Virus record (IMG/VR): IMGVR_UViG_3300037483_001670
Span: 64,001 to 128,000 of that record
From: a virus
Length of the DNA stretch: 64,000 nt
Strand: one strand, 5' to 3'
The position numbers and the translations under genes were made by a program. Below the pieces are notes generated by a model. That model ran no database searches and had not been told where the DNA came from. It saw nothing but the letters and a program-made list of their open reading frames with translations. Below, piece after piece: positions 56,411 through 63,890 of the stretch (within the stretch, counting starts at the first letter, position 1; every line of letters starts with the position of its first letter).

Positions 56411-57646
56411 ATGCCCTACGGCGCCACCCTGGCAGAAATGCAGCGTCAGCCGTGGGGAGATCTCTCCGTTCTCGATGAAGTGGGCCGCACGCATTGCGGT
56501 CTGAAGCTTTGGCTCTGCACCTGCTCCTGCGGCCACAAGGCTTTGCGCACGACAACTCGGCTCCGTCGAGCCGTCAAAGATGGACAGACATCGATGTGTC
56601 TCGAGTGTCTACGAGAGCTTCGCAGCGGCCTCCACATCGAGTATGTCGATCGCCGCAGACAGTTCTTTCGCCAGATTTGGGACAAGTTTCACACGCTCTA
56701 CCTCGACGTCCACCTGCGCAAAATGGAGCTGGACATCTACGAAGAAAGCGAGCTGCCGTACCAAGATCACGATGTCCCCAACACAGACGTGCCGATCGGC
56801 TACCACGTGTACGAGCCTCCCGATCGCTCTCCTCGCACGCCCGCCTTCGAGATGACGCTCGATGAGCTCGGAGCGCACTTCCAGGTAAGCAGGGAGCGCG
56901 CCCGGCAAATGGAACGCAAAGCGCTCCGCATGTTGCGCCATCCGAGTCGAGCCAAATTTTTGCGCCAGTTCGTCTACGATTCGGAGTTCTTTTCGCCACC
57001 ACTGCAAGCGCAACCACGCAAGTCGCCGCAAATGGCAACAGCTGCCACTCCTCGACTCCACTGGACCGACCAGCACGACCAAGCTCTTCGACGCGCGCAG
57101 GACGCCGCTTACCACGGCGAAACCCTGCACGAACAACAACAGCGTTCCGAGATCGAGCAAGAGGCCAAGATCGAAAAACGACACCGCCAACAGGAGCAAC
57201 GAGCACTGCAAAGCATCGAGCGGGAACGTGTCCGCCTCGAAAAAGAACGCTCGCAACTCGACCGAGGGCTCGCAACCGTATCCGTCATGTTCTCGTGCTC
57301 TTGCTCTTCGCAATCCGAGCTACAATTCACCTGTGCCGAGCTCTTGACTCTCGAACGTCAGCTCGATCCAAGGCTCGTTCTCAGCGCTAAAACCATGTGC
57401 GAGACGCTGCACACCTGGTCCCTTGTCCGACGCCCCGACTTGGACCACTCCCGCTTCGGAGCGACCGGCTTATGCGGCTATTGTTTCCGCTCCGGCGTAA
57501 TCGCCCTATCCCACGACGACATTCGCATCGGGCTCGAGCGCGCGAGAGCGCAGGATCTCCTACCGCCCGACACCGAGGCGCAGCTGCGTCTCCTGCTCGA
57601 CGATTATTGCCTGCGACACGGAGTACCGACCCTGGAGATCGCATGA
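56411..57646 (+). CDS. Zn-motif / sigma70 region-4 fusion protein
   Basis: WLCTCSCG at the N-terminus; [33 protein letters not shown] resembles RpoD region 4.2. Confidence 0.75.
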   Translation: MPYGATLAEMQRQPWGDLSVLDEVGRTHCGLKLWLCTCSCGHKALRTTTRLRRAVKDGQTSMCLECLRELRSGLHIEYVDRRRQFFRQIWDKFHTLYLDVHLRKMELDIYEESELPYQDHDVPNTDVPIGYHVYEPPDRSPRTPAFEMTLDELGAHFQVSRERARQMERKALRMLRHPSRAKFLRQFVYDSEFFSPPLQAQPRKSPQMATAATPRLHWTDQHDQALRRAQDAAYHGETLHEQQQRSEIEQEAKIEKRHRQQEQRALQSIERERVRLEKERSQLDRGLATVSVMFSCSCSSQSELQFTCAELLTLERQLDPRLVLSAKTMCETLHTWSLVRRPDLDHSRFGATGLCGYCFRSGVIALSHDDIRIGLERARAQDLLPPDTEAQLRLLLDDYCLRHGVPTLEIA

Positions 57647-57757
57647 AAAACAGACGCCCATGGTGGGCCGCTGCCGATTCGAACGGCACCAAACCGCGTA
57701 TCAGACGATTCAGCTCAACCAGAGACTCGCGGCCCAAAAAGAAAGGATCCGGAACAC

Positions 57758-58126
57758 ATGACTCAGTCAATGGACATCACCACTCCGCTTCGAACAACCA
57801 AGCCGTGGACGTGCGACACCTGCCACGACCCGATCGCGGCAGACGCTGGCTATATTGCAGTAATGGACGCCGCCACCCATGGCCATCCTAACGAGGCGCC
57901 GTCTGCCGACTCCCCCCAGATTCACATTCACGCGTACCATCGTGCCTGCGACCCGCATCCGGACAAGGAACCGTACTGGTTCGACGTGGCGCGAGCTGAC
58001 ACGATCGAGAAGTGGTGCTCGTGGGTGCGCCAGCTGGGCACAAAGCCTTGGATGAACGCCGGTGACCTCGCTCAGATGGTCTGCTTCTGGTTTGACAACC
58101 GGGACGAGCGACTTCCCAACCCATGA
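57758..58126 (+). CDS. hypothetical Zn-binding protein
   Basis: CDTC...HRAC. Confidence 0.6.
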   Translation: MTQSMDITTPLRTTKPWTCDTCHDPIAADAGYIAVMDAATHGHPNEAPSADSPQIHIHAYHRACDPHPDKEPYWFDVARADTIEKWCSWVRQLGTKPWMNAGDLAQMVCFWFDNRDERLPNP

Positions 58127-58611
58127 GATACTACATCGACACGGAGTTCATCGAACGCGGCCACCGGTACCCGATCGAGCTCATCTCGATCGGCGTAGTC
58201 GCCGAAGACGGCCGCGAATATTACGCGGTGGCCAGCGACGGCTGGGACGAATCGCACGCAAGCGAGTGGGTGCGCACGAACGTCTTACCGAATCTCGGCG
58301 AGCTCGACGCCAACTGGCGAACGCCTAGGACCGCTATCGCGCAGAACATCATCGACTTCGTTGGAACGGACAAGCCAGAGTGGTGGTCGTACTATGGCGA
58401 CTACGACTGGGTCGTTTTCTGTCAACTCTTCGGCTTGATGATCGATCTTCCGAAGGGGTGGCCGATGTTCTGCCGGGACCTCATCCAACTCTGCAAAGAC
58501 CTCGGCAACCCCGAGCTCCCGAAGCAACTCGTCGACCGGCACAACGCGATCGAAGACGCCCGCCACTTCCGCGTGATGCACGACTTTCTGCTAGCCTTGC
58601 AGCGCAAGTGA
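58123..58611 (+). CDS. DEDDh 3'-5' exoribonuclease (RNase AS/Rv2179c-like)
   Basis: YYIDTEFIE, LISIG, YGDYDWV, HNAIEDAR. Confidence 0.85.
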   Translation: MRYYIDTEFIERGHRYPIELISIGVVAEDGREYYAVASDGWDESHASEWVRTNVLPNLGELDANWRTPRTAIAQNIIDFVGTDKPEWWSYYGDYDWVVFCQLFGLMIDLPKGWPMFCRDLIQLCKDLGNPELPKQLVDRHNAIEDARHFRVMHDFLLALQRK

Positions 58612-58913
58612 ACCGGCTGACGACGTCAACCGAGGCCGCGCTCACCGCCGTCCGTTCGATGCCCTACGGCGCGCGCTCTCGACCCTTCGCGGAAGCCATG
58701 TGGCCGAGCAGCGAGGCGTGGGGCAAGCCCGCCAAGGTCTGCGGCCTCGTGGCCCGCGCCGGGCGCTGGCTCGCCGAGCTCGCCCGCGATGGCTACCTCG
58801 AAGTGCTCTACGACGCGAAGGGTGCTCGGTACAGGCTCACGAAGCACGGCAGATCGGCGCTCAACCAGCCGGTGCCGACGGCGGGAGTCGAACCCGCAAA
58901 CCCCGAAAGGTGA
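58608..58913 (+). CDS. wHTH-like hypothetical protein
   Basis: GTGA overlap; L..L.RDGYL....YRLT.HG. Confidence 0.45.
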   Translation: MNRLTTSTEAALTAVRSMPYGARSRPFAEAMWPSSEAWGKPAKVCGLVARAGRWLAELARDGYLEVLYDAKGARYRLTKHGRSALNQPVPTAGVEPANPER

Positions 58914-58955
58914 CCGTTTTTAGGACGGCGGCGTCTGCCGTTCCGCCACGTCGGC
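58873..58955 (-). tRNA. tRNA-Leu(TAA), C33 variant
   Basis: Stem GCCGT/ACGGT, loop CC-TAA-AA, long variable arm. Confidence 0.86.
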
Positions 58956-59180
58956 ATGATGAGATTCGAAGAACAACTCCGCATCGAGCTCAGCTGCCTT
59001 CGGCCGCGGTGCCGCGGCGCGCTCATGAAGTTGAAAGGCAACCTGTCGCTCCGCGAAGCTGGCGCCGATTGCACGAGACTTCTCTACGAATGCCCGACGT
59101 GCTCGCGCCGGGTCACGGTCGCTGACGGGGCACCTCGCCCTTCCGCAGCACAGCTCGATGCGTTCGACACCGTCGAGTAG
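58956..59180 (+). CDS. small Zn-ribbon protein
   Basis: C..PRC...CPTC; sits exactly between two tRNAs. Confidence 0.5.
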   Translation: MMRFEEQLRIELSCLRPRCRGALMKLKGNLSLREAGADCTRLLYECPTCSRRVTVADGAPRPSAAQLDAFDTVE

Positions 59181-59253
59181 TAGCCCCAGCAGGACTCGAA
59201 CCTGCGCCGCCCGGAGTGTAGAACCGGCGCTCTTGCCGCTGAGCTATGGGGCC
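59181..59253 (-). tRNA. tRNA-Val(TAC), C33 variant, U31-U39 mismatch
   Basis: Positional count gives loop TC-TAC-AC; A73. Confidence 0.82.
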
Positions 59254-59254
59254 A

Positions 59255-59332
59255 TGGTCGGGATGACTGGATTTGAACCAGCAACCTCCTGTGTCCGAGA
59301 CAGGCGCGCTAACCAGGTTGCGCTACATCCCG
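59255..59332 (-). tRNA. tRNA-Pro(CGG), A37, CCA encoded
   Basis: Loop CT-CGG-AC. Confidence 0.92.
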
Positions 59333-59333
59333 A

Positions 59334-59663
59334 TTACGTCACTTCACCGTTCGTCACCATGCCGTGCCACTCACATCCGCCCGACAACTTGACGGACGAG
59401 CTGCCCGCGACGAGCGACAGGTCGCCGAAACCGGTACCCGCCAGGTTCCATCGACCCGGGCCGGGCACCACCTCGGGCGGCACCGATGGCGACCAGCAAA
59501 TCACGCTGTGCGTGCCCACCGAGCCGCCGTTCGCCTGAAAGCACTTCGGGCATAGAAAGATCACGCCATGCGCTTCCCCGATCGTGTCGACCGACCGATG
59601 GTACTGCTGGCCGTCGATCATCTCGTACACCAGGAATTTCGGCCGGAGCTCCGTCAGGCGCAT
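59334..59663 (-). CDS. DUF6527-like metal-binding protein
   Basis: FLCPKC..HS...SSSV...CEWHG.VTNG. Confidence 0.55.
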   Translation of the reverse strand: MRLTELRPKFLVYEMIDGQQYHRSVDTIGEAHGVIFLCPKCFQANGGSVGTHSVICWSPSVPPEVVPGPGRWNLAGTGFGDLSLVAGSSSVKLSGGCEWHGMVTNGEVT

Positions 59664-60238
59664 CGTGGCCTTGCCAGCAGAGCGTTGTATCCACCTCGAC
59701 GAAGTAGAAAGTCGCCCGCGCCGACCCACTCTTCATCGGGCGTCTTTCTTGACGAGCATGACACCAGCACCTCGTTTTCGATGTCCGCACCGCCGCCCCG
59801 GTCCGCTGGCCTCGGGACCCACCGCTCGCGCACGCCGACGATCAGGACCCAGTGGTCGGGCTGCGCGACGGGGCCTTTGCGCTCGCTGTCGACCTCGGCA
59901 ATTGCGTAGTAGCCCGCGTCGAACGCCATCCGCAGGTAGGCCCACCACTCGAGACAGTGCCGCGAGGCGAGACCGCCGAAGTCGTCGAAGTATCCCTCGG
60001 CGGCCCGTGGCCAGCGCGCGGGCGTTGGGACGATTCGATCGGCCAACCCGAGGCTCTTGGCCTCGTAAAGCGCCGATCTCATCGGTCCTTGCGAGATGGC
60101 CTTCTGCTTGCCCTCGCACAGCCTCTCGTAGACTTCGGGCACGGTGAGTCCGAACAGGCCGCCAAGCACGCACGCGCCGCAATCCCCGCCTTGGACGACA
60201 TCCGGCGTCGGCTGTGGCACGACCCGACGGGCAAGCAC
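59654..60238 (-). CDS. papain-fold (C39-like) peptidase-like protein
   Basis: Q...DCGACVL and HWVLIVG Cys/His dyad pattern; start approximate. Confidence 0.5.
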   Translation of the reverse strand: MLARRVVPQPTPDVVQGGDCGACVLGGLFGLTVPEVYERLCEGKQKAISQGPMRSALYEAKSLGLADRIVPTPARWPRAAEGYFDDFGGLASRHCLEWWAYLRMAFDAGYYAIAEVDSERKGPVAQPDHWVLIVGVRERWVPRPADRGGGADIENEVLVSCSSRKTPDEEWVGAGDFLLRRGGYNALLARPRCA

Positions 60239-60304
60239 GACCTCATGGTCCCTCAAGAATTGCACTCCGTCAGGCGCATTTATATGGCCAATATATAATA
60301 GCGG

Positions 60305-60376
60305 TCCCGGGTGAGGGAGTCGAACCCACGTGGGCAGCTTCAAAGGCTGCTGTCTTGGCCGCTAGACGAACCCGGA
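60305..60376 (-). tRNA. tRNA-Gln(TTG)
   Basis: Loop CT-TTG-AA. Confidence 0.9.
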
Positions 60377-60645
60377 TCATCGTCATGTTTATCGATGCTT
60401 GTTGTCACCTTCCCACCGCGGCGCGCTGCAAACCTCTTCGCCCAGGCAACTACACGAGCAGTTCCGATCAGCTCTATCGCCAGAACGTACGGCACCCATA
60501 CAAACCAAAGAAGCGATGTAACGATTACGGTAATGTAGCGAAGGTCCAGCGTTCGACCGTTGTGGTCGACTTCAAGCGAACGGCAGGACCACAAATTGAA
60601 CGGTACCGCAAGCACCGCGCCCAACATCCAAATTTTCAAGACCAT
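60340..60645 (-). CDS. small membrane protein
   Basis: Hydrophobic segments; C-terminus overlaps tRNA-Gln. Confidence 0.35.
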   Translation of the reverse strand: MVLKIWMLGAVLAVPFNLWSCRSLEVDHNGRTLDLRYITVIVTSLLWFVWVPYVLAIELIGTARVVAWAKRFAARRGGKVTTSIDKHDDDPGSSSGQDSSL

Positions 60646-60671
60646 CCCAGGGTTTCCTTCCAGCTCTTTCG

Positions 60672-60743
60672 TGCCGGTGCTCGGGGTCGAACCGAGACCT
60701 TGATCGTATGAAAATCCTGCTCTAACCGCTGAGCTACACCGGC
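60672..60743 (-). tRNA. tRNA-Met/Ile2(CAT), non-initiator
   Basis: Loop TT-CAT-AC; G1-C72; weak anticodon stem. Confidence 0.8.
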
Positions 60744-60745
60744 CT

Positions 60746-60819
60746 TGGATGCGGCGCCCTGAGTCGAACAGGGAAAACATCGGGCTTATGAGACCTGACT
60801 GGGACCGTCCCTCACCGCA
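60746..60819 (-). tRNA. atypical CAT tRNA with truncated D-arm, CCA encoded
   Basis: TGCGGTG/CGCCGCA acceptor, GGGA-CGG-TCCC mini D-arm, CT-CAT-AA loop, canonical T-arm, U73-CCA. Confidence 0.65.
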
Positions 60820-60842
60820 CAAGCAACGTACCACAACTTGAG

Positions 60843-60915
60843 CGCCCTCGGCAGGACTCGAACCTGCAACATCAGGCTCCGGAGGCCTGCGGTCTATCCA
60901 TTGGCCTACGAGGGC
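60843..60915 (-). tRNA. tRNA-Arg(CCG)
   Basis: Loop CT-CCG-GA. Confidence 0.92.
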
Positions 60916-61253
60916 AGCTTCTCTTTCGCCTTCAACTTCGCTTCGATGTCCCAGAGCACGTGCTCCGGCTTCCCCACGTCGAGCGGACCCGACGACGCCA
61001 GCGTCATCCCCGGCACGCGCACCTCACCGATGTAGCCCGACCGCATGCGGATGATCGTCACCTGCGCGCCGACGTCATTGCCCGCCATCCGAAAAATCTC
61101 GTCGAGCGTCGTCGCGGGGCGCGGCATCTCCTCGAGCCACTTGGCCAGCGCGCCGAGCTTCACCATGAACCGATCCAGCAGCACGTAAAGCGCCACCCAG
61201 CTCGTCGCAACCGTGACACCCAGCGTGACCGGGATGATCCACCAATAGCCCAT
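60906..61253 (-). CDS. membrane-anchored hypothetical protein
   Basis: N-terminal TM helix. Confidence 0.55.
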   Translation of the reverse strand: MGYWWIIPVTLGVTVATSWVALYVLLDRFMVKLGALAKWLEEMPRPATTLDEIFRMAGNDVGAQVTIIRMRSGYIGEVRVPGMTLASSGPLDVGKPEHVLWDIEAKLKAKEKLPS

Positions 61254-61275
61254 CGCACGATTGTACCACCCGAGG

Positions 61276-61347
61276 CGCCCTCCCCGCGATTCGAACGCGG
61301 AATGCCGGTTTCGTAGACCGGTATGATCTCCATTTCATCAGGAGGGC
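61276..61347 (-). tRNA. tRNA-Arg(ACG)
   Basis: Loop CT-ACG-AA. Confidence 0.9.
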
Positions 61348-61357
61348 AAAACCACAG

Positions 61358-61430
61358 CGTCCCGTGCGGGAGTCGAACCCGCGTTTGCTGAGTGAAAATC
61401 AGCGATCCTGGGCCCCTAGATGAACGGGAC
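61358..61430 (-). tRNA. tRNA-Glu(TTC)
   Basis: Loop TT-TTC-AC. Confidence 0.92.
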
Positions 61431-61439
61431 AGTTCACAG

Positions 61440-61513
61440 CGCCCCACGGAGGATTCGAACCTCCAACCTGACCGATAGAAGCGGCCTGCGCTATCCGGTT
61501 GCGCCACTGGGGC
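61440..61513 (-). tRNA. tRNA-Arg(TCT)
   Basis: Loop CT-TCT-AT. Confidence 0.88.
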
Positions 61514-61517
61514 GGAG

Positions 61518-62343
61518 CTACTTCAGCAAAGCAATGTTGGTCTGGTACTTCGCGCAAAGCACGCCGGGGTCGATCTCTTCGATCTCGCCGTTCTCCAAGA
61601 TCTCGACCACCTTGTGCCCGAAGCTCGTGAGCTTCTTAGCGAAGCGCATCGGGTCCTCGAAAAACATCGGCGTAAACTCGAGCACCAGCTGCATCTTCGG
61701 GTTCCGCTCGAGCAGGCCCTGCATCCCGTCCCACACCCGCTCCTCCGAGCCCTCGACGTCCATCACCACGAGATCGATCTCCTGCTTCGCGCCGAGTGCG
61801 ATGTCGAGCGTCGTCTGCGGCACCTGGTAATGCGAGGCGCCTCCGTGGACCAGATGCTTCGCCGCTTGGTCGTCGCGCACGTAGGCGTACCCGTTCCGGT
61901 GCTCGTTGATCGACATCTCGACCGGATCCGACGAGTTGCCCACCGCCGTATCGAACACCCCGACGCGCCCTTCGTAGAACCCGTTGGCGCGCGCCGAGCG
62001 ACCGACCAAAGTCCGCCAGGCGCTTCTGCGGCTCGAACGAATAGACGTACCCTTGCGGCCCGACGAGATCCGCGAGCAGCATCGTGTAGTAGCCGACGTT
62101 GGCGCCCACGTTGACGACGCGCGTCCGCGGCTTCACGAGCTTGACCACCTGCGTCGTAATCCACGGTTCCCAGATGCCGTCCATCAGCAAACTCGGCGCG
62201 ATCGATTCGTCGCGCGAGTCGACGTACATCTTGTACTTGTTGAGCACCCTGCAAATGTTGATGCCGCTCCCCACGTAGACGGACTTCGCACCTTCCCGTG
62301 AGACGCGCTCGAGCTGCTGCCGATCGACGATGTCGTAACCCAT
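61518..62343 (-). pseudogene. FkbM-family methyltransferase with a single-base frameshift near 62009
   Basis: VNVGANVGYYT, YSFEP, then GAC TTT GGT where GAC TTG GTC is expected, then VMDVEGSE, LVLEF. Confidence 0.8.
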
Positions 62344-62344
62344 G

Positions 62345-62358
62345 GTTACGTTCGTAAC
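62345..62358 (-). promoter_or_regulatory. dyad box
   Basis: GTTACGTTCGTAAC adjacent to the ATG at 62343. Confidence 0.7.
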
Positions 62359-62368
62359 ACAGACACAG

Positions 62369-62441
62369 AGGCGCAGGCGAGAATCGAACTCACGCAATGG
62401 GGTTTTTGCAGAACCCTGCCTTTCCGCTTGGCTACTGCGCC
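62369..62441 (-). tRNA. tRNA-Cys(GCA)
   Basis: Loop CT-GCA-AA, U73. Confidence 0.92.
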
Positions 62442-62540
62442 AGGCGTGAAGCGCCATACGGTCACTTCACGGGGTCGACGGCTCGGCCCAGCCATCAACA
62501 ACTCTGCCGGCCTGGTTGGCCGCGAACACCGGCAGATCGG

Positions 62541-62612
62541 AGCGGTGCACCGGATTCGAACCGGTATTAACTGCCTGGCAGACAGCAGTCCTAACCATTG
62601 GACGAGCACCGC
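62541..62612 (-). tRNA. tRNA-Gly(GCC)
   Basis: Loop CT-GCC-AG, U73. Confidence 0.9.
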
Positions 62613-62683
62613 AAAAGATCGGCCGACGCCGAAAGAGCGCTCCCTCCCGGTGCGCATCCCCGAGAAGGCAGTCGACGGCGACC

Positions 62684-62757
62684 TGGAGCGGGCAGCGAGA
62701 CTCGAACTCGCATACTTGGCATGGAAGACCAAAGTCCTACCGTTGGACGATGCCCGC
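62684..62757 (-). tRNA. tRNA-Gly(TCC), CCA encoded
   Basis: Loop CT-TCC-AT. Confidence 0.92.
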
Positions 62758-62792
62758 GCAACACGTGTACAATTGACTGTGGAGGTGCCCAC

Positions 62793-62951
62793 ATGGCCAC
62801 CATCATCGTTCCCCTGATCGTTTTGATCCTCGGCGCGCTCATGTACGCACTTGCCGCCAATCCGAAGCTCCAGGAGATGGGTCGCCTCCTGTTTTTCGTC
62901 GGTGCCTTCTGGCTCGTCCAGATGTTTGCCGGCCGACAAGTGCACTTCTGA
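62793..62951 (+). CDS. small two-TM membrane protein
   Basis: GGAGGT RBS; two hydrophobic helices. Confidence 0.65.
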   Translation: MATIIVPLIVLILGALMYALAANPKLQEMGRLLFFVGAFWLVQMFAGRQVHF

Positions 62952-63021
62952 GCCCTGCACGGGAATCGAACCCGCGTCGCGCTCTTACCAAGAGCGAGCT
63001 CTCCCACTGAGCTAACAGGGC
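62951..63021 (-). tRNA. tRNA-Thr(GGT)
   Basis: Loop TT-GGT-AA. Confidence 0.9.
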
Positions 63022-63027
63022 ACTTCG

Positions 63028-63099
63028 TGGAGACCGGGAGAGTCGAACTCCCGTCGGCCGGGTGCAAACCGGCTGCTCTCCCAGTTGAGCTAGGTCCCC
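63028..63099 (-). tRNA. tRNA-Ala(TGC)
   Basis: Loop TT-TGC-AC, G3:U70. Confidence 0.93.
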
Positions 63100-63281
63100 A
63101 TTTTCTGCGTCGTCGTTGATGCAAACACCACCATGTCGCCTTCGCGCACACACGCTTTGTGCACGTCGTGCTCGTTTCCCGCCTCGTCCCGAATGCGCGT
63201 GAACACCCGCCCATGAAAGCGCCGCGAGCACGCCCAGCAGAACTTGACCCTCGGCTGTTCTGGACCGGCCTTCCAGCTCAC
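63090..63281 (-). CDS. small Cys/His protein
   Basis: CWAC...VHKAC. Confidence 0.55.
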   Translation of the reverse strand: MSWKAGPEQPRVKFCWACSRRFHGRVFTRIRDEAGNEHDVHKACVREGDMVVFASTTTQKMGT

Positions 63282-63658
63282 GGCGCTTCCGGCTTGGGTG
63301 CGACCGGCATGGCGATCTGATCGAGCGGAAATCGTTGGTACCGCACGCCCGTCTCGGCAGCGGGATCATCTATCGCGACCAGAAGCGCGACGACCTTCCC
63401 GTCCTCGACGACGAACTCAGCCTTTCGTCCGGGCTTGTCGCTCGGCGGAAGAATGATCCTCGGCAGCCTTGGGTTGTACTGCATGCCGAGCGGCAAAAGA
63501 AACTGCTCGGTCCAGTCGACCTCGCCATCGTCCTTGCGCACGGTGAGCGTGATGAGCCGCATGCTGCCGTCGGGAGCCTCGCCAAGCTCGCACTCGGTAC
63601 CTGCAAAGTGCGTGAACCCAGGATGGGAGACGCTCGGTATCGGGCTCGAGATGAACAT
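63278..63658 (-). CDS. hypothetical protein
   Basis: ATGA coupling. Confidence 0.55.
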   Translation of the reverse strand: MFISSPIPSVSHPGFTHFAGTECELGEAPDGSMRLITLTVRKDDGEVDWTEQFLLPLGMQYNPRLPRIILPPSDKPGRKAEFVVEDGKVVALLVAIDDPAAETGVRYQRFPLDQIAMPVAPKPEAP

Positions 63659-63661
63659 TGG

Positions 63662-63877
63662 CTAACCCGTCGCTGAGATCCGCTCGACGCGGCGGAGCTC
63701 GAGCGGACCCTTCAGCGCTCGAACCAACTCCGCGGCGTGGTTACCGCAGCGCCAGTGCTTTCCGTGGCCTTCGACCTCTCGAATCGAAATGGTTGCTTCC
63801 CTGCGCTGCGTCGTCCCGACGTACAGACACCCATCGTGGTCGCAATACTTGTCCGACATCTCGATGCATTCACTCAT
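63662..63877 (-). CDS. small Cys-containing protein
   Basis: CDHDGC..WRCGNH; start revised from the ORF track. Confidence 0.5.
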   Translation of the reverse strand: MSECIEMSDKYCDHDGCLYVGTTQRREATISIREVEGHGKHWRCGNHAAELVRALKGPLELRRVERISATG

Positions 63878-63890
63878 GTGACGATCGTAC
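63878..63890 (-). promoter_or_regulatory. dyad box variant
   Basis: GTGACGATCGTAC abutting the ATG at 63877. Confidence 0.55.

Noticed and set aside
59181-59253. Amber suppressor tRNA (CTA after TT in the loop)
   Set aside because: Counting from the D-arm and T-arm places TAC at 34-36, and A73 fits Val. CTA would need an off-register loop.
62442-62683. Additional ncRNAs in the spacers between the Cys and Gly tRNAs
   Set aside because: Only short GC-rich hairpins (e.g. TCTGCCGG/CCGGCAGA), with no T-loop or family signature.
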